In this document: positions 48,763 to 57,999 of the stretch, piece by piece
Layout: each line of letters begins with the position of its first letter
Position numbering within the stretch: the first letter of the stretch is position 1
Source of the DNA: Rhodospirillales bacterium
GTDB taxonomy: Bacteria; Pseudomonadota; Alphaproteobacteria; ATCC43930; CGMCC-115725
Direction of reading: 5' to 3'
Assembly: GCA_028288725.1 (NCBI GenBank)
Contig: JAQGIC010000101.1
Coordinates: 1 to 64,000 of the forward strand
DNA: 64,000 bases
Notes under the pieces: model-generated
What the model was told of the DNA's origin: nothing
The model's input: only the letters and a program-made list of their open reading frames with translations
The model's database searches: none
Position numbers and translations under genes: made by a program

Positions 48763-49463
48763 CGCTCGCGATACAGGGCATCGGCCTCACCCGCCGGTTC
48801 GGCGGGTTCACGGCGCTCGACAATGTCGACATCGCCATTCGCCAGGGCGAGATCCGCGGCCTGATCGGCCCGAACGGTGCCGGCAAATCGACGCTGATCG
48901 ACGTCCTGTCGGGCCGGGCCCGCAATCCCGGCGGCCAGGTTCTGCTGAACGGCGTCGACGTCAGCCGCCTGACGCCGCAGCAACGGCGCAAACGCGGCAT
49001 GGCCCGCTCCTTCCAGCGGACCAACATTTTCCCTGAGCTTTCGGTAGAACAGCAGCTGCGCATCGCCTCCTGGGCGGTCGAGGATGCCGACACCGACGAA
49101 GTGATGGACGAGCTCGACCTGCGTGCGCTGGCCGACCGGCCCGCTGCCGAAATCAGCTATGGCGACCAGCGCCGGCTCGATCTCGCCCTGGCCCTCGTTG
49201 GTCGGCCGCGCGTGCTGCTGCTCGACGAACCGGCGGCCGGGCTGACCATGGAAGAATCGCTCGACCTCGCCAGGATCCTGCGGGATCTGGCAAACCGCTG
49301 GGGCGTGACGGTGCTGCTGGTCGAGCACGACATGCAGGTTGTGTTCTCGATCTGCGACCAGATCACCGTGCTGCATCTGGGCCGGTCCTTGAGCGAAGGC
49401 AGCTGCGCGGAGGTCAGAGCCAACCCGACCGTGATCGCGGCCTATCTGGGGACTGAAGCGTGA
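48759..49463 (+). CDS. LivG-like ABC transporter ATP-binding protein
   Basis: GPNGAGKST, ISYGDQRRLDLALAL, LLLDEPAAGL. ATGA overlap at 48759. Confidence 0.9.
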   Translation: MTLAIQGIGLTRRFGGFTALDNVDIAIRQGEIRGLIGPNGAGKSTLIDVLSGRARNPGGQVLLNGVDVSRLTPQQRRKRGMARSFQRTNIFPELSVEQQLRIASWAVEDADTDEVMDELDLRALADRPAAEISYGDQRRLDLALALVGRPRVLLLDEPAAGLTMEESLDLARILRDLANRWGVTVLLVEHDMQVVFSICDQITVLHLGRSLSEGSCAEVRANPTVIAAYLGTEA

Positions 49464-50158
49464 TGTCGCTGCTGGCCTTTCACGACGTTCATGCACTCTA
49501 TGGACAGGCCCGTATCCTGAACGGCGTGACGTTCGAGGTCGGTGCCGGCGAGCGGGTGGCGCTGGTCGGGCGCAACGGCGTCGGCAAGACGACGGTCGTG
49601 AACACGCTGTGCGGTGGGACCCGCGTGGCGCAGGGCCGGATCGAACTGCGGGGCCGGCCGACCAAGGACCTGCGCGGCTATTCGGCGGCTCAGAACGGCA
49701 TCGCGATCGTGCTTCAGGGGCGGGGCATCCTGCCAAACCTGACGGTCGAGGAGAACCTTTTGCTGGGCGGCGCCACAGCGCGCCGCGGCCCCTGGACCTT
49801 GGCCAAGATCCAGGAGCTGTTCCCGATCCTGTCTGAACGGCGCTCGAACCCCGGCTGGGCGTTGAGCGGCGGCCAGCAGCAGATGCTGGCCATCGGACGC
49901 GCGTTGATGGCCAACCCCGATCTTCTGATCCTCGACGAACCGAGCGAGGGGCTGGCCCCCGTGATCGTCGACGATCTCGCCGCACTTCTCGTGCAGCTCG
50001 GCACCGACGGAATGGGCATTCTGCTGATCGAGCAGAACATCAGCCTGATCCATCGGGTGGCCGAACGCTTCTACGTGCTGTCGAAGGGCAGCGTCGCCGA
50101 ATCCGGTTCGCTGCACAACGTCAGCCGCGATGAGCTGCAAGGGCACATCGCGATCTGA
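49460..50158 (+). CDS. LivF-like ABC transporter ATP-binding protein
   Basis: GRNGVGKTT, LSGGQQQMLAIGRAL, LILDEPSEGLAP. Confidence 0.9.
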   Translation: MMSLLAFHDVHALYGQARILNGVTFEVGAGERVALVGRNGVGKTTVVNTLCGGTRVAQGRIELRGRPTKDLRGYSAAQNGIAIVLQGRGILPNLTVEENLLLGGATARRGPWTLAKIQELFPILSERRSNPGWALSGGQQQMLAIGRALMANPDLLILDEPSEGLAPVIVDDLAALLVQLGTDGMGILLIEQNISLIHRVAERFYVLSKGSVAESGSLHNVSRDELQGHIAI

Positions 50159-50230
50159 TCCAGACGACGAGATCGACGCTCGATCGATCCGCAACATCCC
50201 GTCCGACGGGCGGGGAACAGGGAGGATACC

Positions 50231-51421
50231 ATGCCAAGGTCGGTTCATGCCTTCACGGCGGCTGCCGGGACCGCGATGCTCGCGGCCATGCTTGCCACGT
50301 CGGCCCTCGCGGCGGACCCACTGCGCGTCGGGGTGCCGACCGATCTTTCGGGCACCTATGCGACGCTCGGCGAAGAGGTGATGCGTGCCGTCCGCTTCGC
50401 CACGGACGAGGCGAACGCCCAGCATGGCGTCGCAGGCCATATGGTCGAAATTAAGTCCTACGACACCGAGGCAAAGCCCGACCTGGCGCGCCGCCAGTCC
50501 GAAAAGCTGGTGTCCGAGGGCTATACGATCCTGACCGGGACGATCGCGTCGGGCGAAGGCCTTGCCATCGCGCCGTTAATGGATCGATGGGGCTCGATCT
50601 ATATCTCGACCATCAACAAGGCGGACGAGCTGACCGGGGCGAATTGCGTTCCGCGGGTCTTCCGCGTCAATACGCAGTCGGCGATGGACGCGGCCACCGT
50701 GAAGCCCTGGCTGGCCCAGCGTAAGGAAAAGAAATGGGCCGTCGTCGCGGCCGACATCGCCTGGGGCCGCGGGTCGGGCGCGCTGTTCGACAAGGCCGCC
50801 GCGGGATTGGGCAAGGAGATGGTCGCCGACCTCTACACGCCGGCCGACATCAACGATTTCGCCCCCTATATCGAACAGGTGAAAAAGAGCGGCGCCGAGG
50901 GCGTCTGGGTCGTTCTGGCCGGCCGTGATGCGGTCAATTTCGCTCAGCAGGCGAAGCAGTTCGGCCTGACCCGCACGGTGACGGTCGCCGGCGTCAGCTT
51001 CACCACCGACGGCACGGTCAAGACGCTGGGCGACGCGGCGGAGGGCATCTACGGCATCATCAACTACAGCTCGACTCTGGATACGCCGGAAAACCAGTCC
51101 TTCGTGAAGGCCTGGACCGCGAAATACAGCTCGCCGCCGACGAACTTCGAGGGTGAAACCTACCTCGGCATGCAGGTGCTGTTTCAGGCGGTGAAGCAGG
51201 CGAACAGCGTGAAGCCGGACGATATCGCGAAAGCGATGTCCGGTGGCGAGTTCGACACGATCCTCGGCAAACTGAAGCTGCGCGCCGAAGACCACCAGTT
51301 GCTCAAGCCGAACTATTTCGGCGTGGTCGAGAAGGTCGACGGTGTTTTGCGGCCGGTGGTCAAGACGACGGTGAGCGCCGCCGATGTGGCGCCGGCAGTG
51401 ACCTGCAAGATGCCGAGCTGA
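50231..51421 (+). CDS. ABC transporter substrate-binding protein (type 1 periplasmic binding fold, Liv-type)
   Basis: Signal peptide ...AMLAAMLATSALAADPLRVGV. About 370-aa mature protein closing a LivHMGF-type transporter operon. Confidence 0.8.
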   Translation: MPRSVHAFTAAAGTAMLAAMLATSALAADPLRVGVPTDLSGTYATLGEEVMRAVRFATDEANAQHGVAGHMVEIKSYDTEAKPDLARRQSEKLVSEGYTILTGTIASGEGLAIAPLMDRWGSIYISTINKADELTGANCVPRVFRVNTQSAMDAATVKPWLAQRKEKKWAVVAADIAWGRGSGALFDKAAAGLGKEMVADLYTPADINDFAPYIEQVKKSGAEGVWVVLAGRDAVNFAQQAKQFGLTRTVTVAGVSFTTDGTVKTLGDAAEGIYGIINYSSTLDTPENQSFVKAWTAKYSSPPTNFEGETYLGMQVLFQAVKQANSVKPDDIAKAMSGGEFDTILGKLKLRAEDHQLLKPNYFGVVEKVDGVLRPVVKTTVSAADVAPAVTCKMPS

Positions 51422-51426
51422 TCCGC

Positions 51427-51466
51427 GATCGACGCCCGACCTTCGGTCGAAGGTCGGGCGTCGATC
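51427..51466. terminator. Long perfect hairpin between convergent genes
   Basis: GATCGACGCCCGACCTTC ggtc GAAGGTCGGGCGTCGATC, an 18-bp perfect stem, lies between the stops at 51421 (+) and 51470 (-). No U-tract on either side. Confidence 0.55.
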
Positions 51467-51469
51467 GTC

Positions 51470-52519
51470 TCAACCCTGGGTCGCCTGCCACCCGAGATTG
51501 GCGAGCGGCCCCGCCAACAGTCCGACCTCGAGCGCGTTGGGCGCGCTGGCGTTGCCGGCGAGCGCCCGGGCATAGACCCCCTGGGCGATCGACGCGAAGC
51601 GAAAGAACGCGAATGCCAGGAAGAACGGGTAATTCTCGATGCGTGCTCGTTTCGCGCTGGCGGCATAGCCCGCCAGATATTCGGCCTCGGTCGGGATTCC
51701 GAGTGCCGCCAGATCGCGCCCCTTGAGCCCGCCGAGGCTCGGCGTCGACGGGTCCAGATGCCAGATCATGCAATTATAGGCGACGTCGGCGAAGGGGTGG
51801 CCGATCGTCGCCAGCTCCCAATCGAGCACGCCGATCACCCGCGGCTCCGTCGGATGGAACATCAGGTTTTCGAGGCGGAAGTCACCATGCGCGATTGTCG
51901 TCGTGTCGTCCGCCGGCATATGCGCCGGCAGCCAACGGATCAATTCGTCCATCGCCGGGATCGTCTCGGTCTTGGCCGCCTCGTACTGCCGCGTCCAGAG
52001 CGCGATCTGCCGGACGAGATAGCCGGTCGGCTTGCCGAAGCCTTCGAGCCCGGCGGCCCGCCAGTCGACCCCGTGCAGGCGCGCCATCACATCGCCCATC
52101 GCGGCATAAATCTCGTGTCGTTCCTGCGGGGTCTGCTCCGGCAGGGCCGGATCGCGGAACACTCGGCCTTCGGCAAAGTCCATCAGATAGAAGGCCGTGC
52201 CGATGACCGATGCATCCTCGCACAACAGATGCGTGCGGATGACCGGCACTGCGCTGCCGCGCAGCGCGTGCATGACGCGATATTCGCGCTCGATCATATG
52301 GGCGGACGGCAGCAGCTGACCCGGCGGCTTCTTGCGCAGGACGTAGCGCGCCCGATCGATCTCGATCAAAAAAGTCGGGTTGGACTGGCCGCCCCGGAAT
52401 TGCCGAACTTCCGGCGCCCCGCTGAAGCCGTCCAAATGCTGTGCCAGATACGCGGCCAGCCGGCCGGTATCGAACGCATGACCGGTTCGGACCTCGGTAA
52501 CCTCGGCGCCACTCGTCAA
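51470..52519 (-). CDS. Phosphotransferase (APH/ChoK-like kinase) family protein
   Basis: RQFRGGQSNPTFLI, YVLRKKPPG, IAHGDFRLENLMF (HxDxxxxN catalytic loop), VLDWELATIG. Confidence 0.8.
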   Translation of the reverse strand: MTSGAEVTEVRTGHAFDTGRLAAYLAQHLDGFSGAPEVRQFRGGQSNPTFLIEIDRARYVLRKKPPGQLLPSAHMIEREYRVMHALRGSAVPVIRTHLLCEDASVIGTAFYLMDFAEGRVFRDPALPEQTPQERHEIYAAMGDVMARLHGVDWRAAGLEGFGKPTGYLVRQIALWTRQYEAAKTETIPAMDELIRWLPAHMPADDTTTIAHGDFRLENLMFHPTEPRVIGVLDWELATIGHPFADVAYNCMIWHLDPSTPSLGGLKGRDLAALGIPTEAEYLAGYAASAKRARIENYPFFLAFAFFRFASIAQGVYARALAGNASAPNALEVGLLAGPLANLGWQATQG

Positions 52520-52762
52520 AGCAGTCTCCTCGACCGTTCAAAGCGATCCCGCCCCTGTGGGCGGAAATCGTGAAAGTACGACTGTTCAACTGTCGGACAG
52601 AAAATTCAAGATTCATCGTGTTGCCGGTCTGTCTGTCCTTGTGGATTCCGGCCCTTGTCGTCACGGGATCGCAATGGACCTCGATCGCGGAAAGCTGAGA
52701 GATGCCCCGGACCGGTCGTGCCTGTCCCCGGTCGATCGCCGGAATCGGCCCCTCCGGCCGTT

Positions 52763-52790
52763 GGTGGTGAGCATGCTATGGCTCACCACC
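52763..52790. terminator. Stem-loop downstream of the SDR remnant
   Basis: GGTGGTGAGC atgctatg GCTCACCACC, a perfect 10-bp stem. No U-tract. Confidence 0.35.
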
Positions 52791-52815
52791 ACTCGATTGC
52801 GCTGCTTTCCGCCTT

Positions 52816-53367
52816 TCAGACCTGGGCTATGCCGCCATCCACGGAAGTCTCGCTTCCGGTCATAAAGGCGCTGTCATCCGAGGCCAGGAAAAGCGCGACG
52901 GCCGCGATGTCGTCCGGGTCGCTCATGCGTCCGAGCGGAGTCCGGGCGGTCAGGTCGGCTATCGCGGCGTCCATGTTGCCTGTCCTGGCCAGCCCGCGGA
53001 GCAGGCCGGGCGTTTCGGTCGGTCCGGGCGACAGGACGTTCACGCGGATGCCGGTGCCCTTGAGGTCGAGCGCCCAACTGCGGACGAGATTGCGGATCGC
53101 TGCCTTGCTCGCGCTGTAGATGCTGAAGGCGGGCGTTCCCATCGAGGCCGTCGACGATCACGTGAGAATGATGGACCCGCCGTCCCGCATCAGCGGAAGT
53201 CCCTTTTGCACGGTGAAGATCGTGCCTTTGACGTTCACGCCGAAAACCAGATCGACGGCCGCTTCCGTGATCTTGCCCAGAGGTTCCAGCGCACCGAGGC
53301 CGGCGCTGGCCGAGGATCGGGGTGCCGTGACCTTGCGTTTGTCCTCGAGGGGGCGGGCGTCCCGCAT
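52816..53367 (-). pseudogene. SDR-family oxidoreductase remnant (5'-truncated, internal in-frame TGA)
   Basis: Two same-frame ORFs read ...[53 protein letters not shown]...SVDGGIAQV. The Rossmann TGxxxGxG part is absent, and the amidase gene occupies the space upstream. Confidence 0.7.
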
Positions 53368-53453
53368 GGGAGCTGGCTTGCGTCGGGCCGAGACGCAAGC
53401 GCCCCGGCAATGACCAGATCTGCGTCATCGCTTCCGGGGCGCATAGACCGTAG

Positions 53454-54842
53454 TTATTCGACCATCGCCGGGACCCGCTGATGCCATTCGGTTGCCTGCT
53501 GATAGGCTTGGCCGATGCGCAGCGCCAGCGCTTCCTCGTAACCGCGGCAGGCAATCTGCAACGACAGCGGCAGCCCATCGGCCGTGAAGCCGTTCGGCAG
53601 CGTCAGTGCACACATCTCCAGAAGGTTGCCGAATCGGGTGAAGCGCGACGGTGTGTCGTTCTGGTCCACCTCTTCTAGCGGAATAGCGGCCGTCGCCGTG
53701 GTCGGGGTCAAGAGCGCATCAACTCCCGCCAGGGCAGTTTCCATCGCCTGTTTCATCTCGTCCCGGCGACGCAGAGTTGCCAGGTAATCGCGAGCCGGGA
53801 GGCCTGCACCGGCGAGCAGCCGTCGGCGGACGGCCTCGTCGAGCTTCAGGCTGGGATCCTCGGCGCTCTCGCCGTGGAGGAAATAGGCCTCCGCCTGCAT
53901 GATGTCGGTCATGAAGACAAAGTCGAGGAGGCGGAACGGCAGGACGACATCGACGATCTCCGCGCCAAGTGCGGCCAGCACCGCGAGCGACCGGTCATAG
54001 GCATCCATGACCTCCGCCGCGACGCCGGACCGGTCCTCTGGCGGGAGCCGCGCGAGCCGCAGGCCGCGGACACCCTTCTCCAGGGCGGGCAGCGGATCGG
54101 TCGCCTGGCGTCCGCGCGTCAGCGGATCCAGCGGGTCCGGGCCGTGCAGGACGTTGTAAAGCAGCGCCACGTCCCGAACGGTACGTGCCATCGGGCCGGG
54201 CGTGTCGAGGCTGGGGCTGAGCGGCAGGATCCCATGGGTACTGATGCGGCCGATGGTCGTCTTCAGCCCTGTGATGCCGCACCAGGAGGCCGGCAGGCGG
54301 ACGGAACCCCCGGTATCGGTGCCGATTGCCCAGGGCGCGAGCCGCGCCGCTACGGCGACGCCGGAGCCGCTGCTCGATCCGCCGGGAGTGCGCGGCACCG
54401 CGGCATCCCACGGGTTCCACGGCGTCCCGAGATGCTGGTTGGTCCCCCAGCCGCCGCAGGCAAATTCCACCGTATGCGTCTTACCGAGCACGATCATCCC
54501 ATGGCTTATCAGGCGGCGGACCACCGTCGCCGTCTGTGCCGCCCGATGGTTCAGCCGACTGGCGGAGCCGCCGGTGGTGACCCGGCCCTCGATGTCGATG
54601 ATATCCTTGATCGCGATCGGAATGCCGTGCAGCGGGCCGAGCGCGTGCCCGGAGCGGATCGCCTTGTCCGCCGCCTCGGCCGCGAGCCGTGCCTCCTTGG
54701 CGTAGACGTCGACGAAGGCGTGCAGCTTCGGGTCGTGGGTCGCGATCCGCGCCAGCAGCGCATCCACCAGATCGACCGGTGAAAGACGCTGCGCTTCAAT
54801 TTCACGAGACAGGACGTAAGCGGGAGAGAGGGCGCTGTTCAT
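53454..54842 (-). CDS. Amidase (amidase-signature family)
   Basis: GIPIAIKDIIDIEG, GGSSSGSGVAVAA (AS-family Ser-cisSer-Lys core), GTDTGGSVRLPAS. Confidence 0.9.
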   Translation of the reverse strand: MNSALSPAYVLSREIEAQRLSPVDLVDALLARIATHDPKLHAFVDVYAKEARLAAEAADKAIRSGHALGPLHGIPIAIKDIIDIEGRVTTGGSASRLNHRAAQTATVVRRLISHGMIVLGKTHTVEFACGGWGTNQHLGTPWNPWDAAVPRTPGGSSSGSGVAVAARLAPWAIGTDTGGSVRLPASWCGITGLKTTIGRISTHGILPLSPSLDTPGPMARTVRDVALLYNVLHGPDPLDPLTRGRQATDPLPALEKGVRGLRLARLPPEDRSGVAAEVMDAYDRSLAVLAALGAEIVDVVLPFRLLDFVFMTDIMQAEAYFLHGESAEDPSLKLDEAVRRRLLAGAGLPARDYLATLRRRDEMKQAMETALAGVDALLTPTTATAAIPLEEVDQNDTPSRFTRFGNLLEMCALTLPNGFTADGLPLSLQIACRGYEEALALRIGQAYQQATEWHQRVPAMVE

Positions 54843-54964
54843 GGGCGATGTCCTCTAGAGCCTGATCCGATCAAACCGACTCGGTTTGATCGGTGAATCA
54901 GTCCCTAATTATTTGGTTTAAAGGGCGATTCAGATATGAGGCCGATTGGGCCTCATACATCGCG

Positions 54965-55270
54965 CTAATGCAGGCTGACCAGGGTCAGGTCGGTGAACCA
55001 GGATTGCGCGGCGATGAAGCCATGTACGTTCTTGTTCATCGCACGCGGGTTGAGGTCGTGCACGATATAGAGCCATGGCGGATCGTCCACCAGACGCTCA
55101 TGCGCCGCGCGATAGGCCGCCCGGATGGTGGCCTGGTCGGTCGTCTCCGCCGCTTGTTGCAGCGCCGCCTCGAACTTGTCGTCCTTCCATTGTTCGATAT
55201 TAGAACCGGTCGGCGAGAAATTGGCCGCTGCGAAATAGCGCGCCATCATGCCGATGTCGGTCGCCCGAGG
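54965..55270 (-). pseudogene. C-terminal remnant of a family-5 (Dpp/Opp-type) ABC substrate-binding protein
   Basis: ...WKDDKFEAALQQAAETTDQATIRAAYRAAHERLVDDPPWLYIVHDLNPRAMNKNVHGFIAAQSWFTDLTLVSL matches only the last ~95 aa of SBP_bac_5 proteins. No upstream body. The boundary with the next fragment is approximate. Confidence 0.6.
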
Positions 55271-55497
55271 TCGCCGCGGCCGATATGCAGCAGCCATATC
55301 CCGAACTGCACCGGCAGCGGCTTGCCCAGCCCGTATGCCCGTTTGACCTGGATCACCACTTCCTGCGGCGCGTCGGGCGGCACAATGGCGTTGATCGGGT
55401 CGCCCGGCGCGATATGCACCAGCATGAAGCAGACGAGGCTGACGGCGAGAGCGATCGGGACGACATAGAGAATGCGGCGCAGCAGATAGATGATCAC
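55271..55497 (-). pseudogene. N-terminal remnant of a DppB/OppB-type ABC permease
   Basis: MIIYLLRRILYVVPIALAVSLVCFMLVHIAPGDPINAIVPPDAPQEVVIQVKRAYGLGKPLPVQFGIWL is the typical first ~75 aa of the family, after which the reading frame dissolves. Confidence 0.6.
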
Positions 55498-55509
55498 GGA
55501 CGCCTTCCT

Positions 55510-55763
55510 CTTCGAGACGGGGATACGGTGCTGATCACCGGCACCGTTACCAGTGTTTGCTGCGAATCCTCCGCGCGCGACGCGATGATGCGAAATTTCG
55601 CGTCGTGATGGTCAGCGACGCCAATGCGGCACCGACGCAGGCCGAGCACGATGCCTCGTTGGTGGCGCTCTACCAGATCTTTACCGACCTGATGGATACG
55701 GACATGGTCGTTGCCCGACTCATGGAGGGCACGCACGGGCATCCGAGCCGGCGGCAGCCATAG
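55510..55763 (+). pseudogene. C-terminal remnant of an isochorismatase-family cysteine hydrolase, frameshifted
   Basis: DTVLITGTVTSVCCESSARDAMMRNF (one frame) continues as RVVMVSDANAAPTQAEHDASLVALYQIF in the next frame. A 1-nt indel lies near 55590, and the N-terminal half is absent. Confidence 0.6.
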
Positions 55764-56023
55764 AGTTGTTCAGGTCCCACGTGGGGCCGCCGCCGGGCTG
55801 ACCCGGCTCGCCACGGTCGGCTAAGCGGCCGGCGCAGCGCACACGAAGTCCTTCCCGCAAACGTGGTTAATTTTTTCTTACTAGCGTATTGACTCCGCCC
55901 ATTCCAGGACGCGGAATACCGCTGCTGCCAGTGCAGTGACGAAAGCAACCTTCCCACCGCCGACGGAGCATTGCCTCCTTCAGCGAATAGTTCTGCGTCA
56001 AAACAGACAAATGGGAGCTTCCA

Positions 56024-57895
56024 ATGCTGTCACCGCGTCCGCCTGTCCAAAAACATCGTTCCGGCATGCGCCCGATCCTCGGCGCCGTCGTTTCACTTTC
56101 TCTCCTTGTCGGCGCCGAGGCAAAGGCCGTGGTCGCCGAAAGCCCGCACGGCGAGCATGTCGCTCTGATCGGCAAAATCAATTTCGCCGACTTGGCCAAG
56201 GGCACCACGGTCAAGCCGCCGCTGCCGGATGCCGCACCGCTTGCCGGCAAGGGCGTGCTGCTGCCGGAGGCCCGCGAGATCCCGTTCCTCAAGCGGCTCC
56301 AGGCGAGCAAGCTCTCCTCGAACAGCCTCCCGTCGACCACCGATCTGCTGACGCCCATCGTTCCGAACCAGCTCGTCGTCGGGCTTCCCTTCACGGGGTT
56401 CACCGGTCTTACCCATTTCGACCAGCGGACCACGGATGGCGGCAACCAGTTCAGCTTGGAACCGCCCGATCAGGCGCTCGCGGTCGGCGGCGGCTATGTG
56501 CTCGAAGCGGTGAACAACGCGATCGCCATCTACGATACGCATGGCAACCAGCTGGCGCCGACCTTGTCGATCAATCGCTTCTTCAATGAGGGCAGTGAAA
56601 TAAACCGCGCGACCGGCGTCCGCAGTTCGGCCCAATTCAGCGATCCCCGGGCGTATTACGACAGTGCCTCGAAGCGCTGGTTCGTCTTCGAATGGGCGAC
56701 GCTCAACATGCCTGACGGGACGCCGCTCAATCTCTCGGCTCAATTCTTCGCCGTCAGCGAAACGAGCAATCCGCTGGGCAACTGGTTCCTGTACGACTTC
56801 GACACGACGAACAGCGATGTCGCCGGCTGCCCGTGTCTGCCTGATTTCCAACGGATCGGCTTCGACGCCGATGGCGTGTACGTCGCCCACAACATGTTCC
56901 AGCTGACGGGTGCGGGAAATTATGTGATGGCGACGATCTATGCGTTGTCCAAGCAGCGCTTGGAGGCGGGCGCCGGGTCGCCATTCGTCCGCTTCACGCT
57001 GCCCAACGATTTCACCGTCGATCCGACGGTGTCGCCACCGGGCGCCGTGCCGGCGCGCTTTGAAAACGGGACCGAGTATCTGGTGGAGGATCTGGCCAAC
57101 CTGTCGGCGAACGGCTCGGCCAACAAAGTACGCGTTTTCGCCCTCAGCAATACGAAATCTCTCTCGACCGCCACCCCACGGCTGTACCTGGGTTCGGTCG
57201 ACACGACGACCCAATCCTATTCGGCGCCGCCGCCGGCCGTCCAGCCCGACGGTCCCCGGCCCTATGCGGCGTCGCTCGTTCGGGCAGGGGCTCCTCTTCC
57301 GCCGGTTCCCCACCTCGATGGCGGCGACACCCGGTTCTCGGCGCTGCCGGTCTTCGTCAACAATCAGATATGGGCGGCGCTCAACACGTCCGTGCCGAAC
57401 CCCGCAGGCGGCACCAAGGTCGGCGTGGCCTATTTCTCGTTCGAGATGCTGGGCGGCGCTCACGGGTTCGTCGCAAGCTTGCATCGGCAAGGGCTGATAA
57501 CGGCCCCCGCCGGGACAAGCGTTCTATACCCTGCGATCGCCATGCCGGTCTCAGGCAGCGGCGGGATCGGCGTCACCGTGGTCGGACCGGGCCTCTATCC
57601 CAGCACCGGCTTCGTCACGGTCAAGGGGGCGGCCGTCAGCGGTATTCAGATTGCCGGGATCGGGGCGCTGCCGGACGACGGCTTCACGGGCTACAACACC
57701 GCTCACCCCTATACGCAAGGGACAGGGCGCTGGGGCGACTATGGCGCGGCGGCCGTCGATGAGAACGGGGATCTCTGGTTCGCCAATGAATACATCCCCG
57801 ATACCGCGAGCTTCCCGCGGACGACGCTCGCGAATTGGGGCACATTCATCACGCACTACCATCCGACCGCGGCCCAGGCCGTCGCGACAAGATAG
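56024..57895 (+). CDS. Secreted protein of unknown function
   Basis: GGGAG lies 6 nt before the ATG at 56024. Signal-like MRPILGAVVSLSLLVGAEAKA. 623 aa, beta-rich, Gly/Thr/Asn-rich, with RWGDYGAAAVDENGDLWF near the C-terminus. Confidence 0.6.
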   Translation: MLSPRPPVQKHRSGMRPILGAVVSLSLLVGAEAKAVVAESPHGEHVALIGKINFADLAKGTTVKPPLPDAAPLAGKGVLLPEAREIPFLKRLQASKLSSNSLPSTTDLLTPIVPNQLVVGLPFTGFTGLTHFDQRTTDGGNQFSLEPPDQALAVGGGYVLEAVNNAIAIYDTHGNQLAPTLSINRFFNEGSEINRATGVRSSAQFSDPRAYYDSASKRWFVFEWATLNMPDGTPLNLSAQFFAVSETSNPLGNWFLYDFDTTNSDVAGCPCLPDFQRIGFDADGVYVAHNMFQLTGAGNYVMATIYALSKQRLEAGAGSPFVRFTLPNDFTVDPTVSPPGAVPARFENGTEYLVEDLANLSANGSANKVRVFALSNTKSLSTATPRLYLGSVDTTTQSYSAPPPAVQPDGPRPYAASLVRAGAPLPPVPHLDGGDTRFSALPVFVNNQIWAALNTSVPNPAGGTKVGVAYFSFEMLGGAHGFVASLHRQGLITAPAGTSVLYPAIAMPVSGSGGIGVTVVGPGLYPSTGFVTVKGAAVSGIQIAGIGALPDDGFTGYNTAHPYTQGTGRWGDYGAAAVDENGDLWFANEYIPDTASFPRTTLANWGTFITHYHPTAAQAVATR

Positions 57896-57999
57896 TCGCC
57901 CGGAGCGAGACGGAGGCGAAGGTGGCTCGTGCCGGCGGCGCGAGCCACTTTCCGCCCTGCTCGGCAGCCCTTGCACAGCCGACCCCGGAGCCCCGGCGC

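Noticed and set aside
53158-53160. In-frame TGA in the SDR remnant as selenocysteine or programmed read-through.
   Set aside because: The position is not a redox-active site in SDRs. No SECIS-like hairpin follows immediately, and the gene also lacks its entire N-terminal Rossmann segment, so a nonsense mutation in a pseudogene is the simpler reading.
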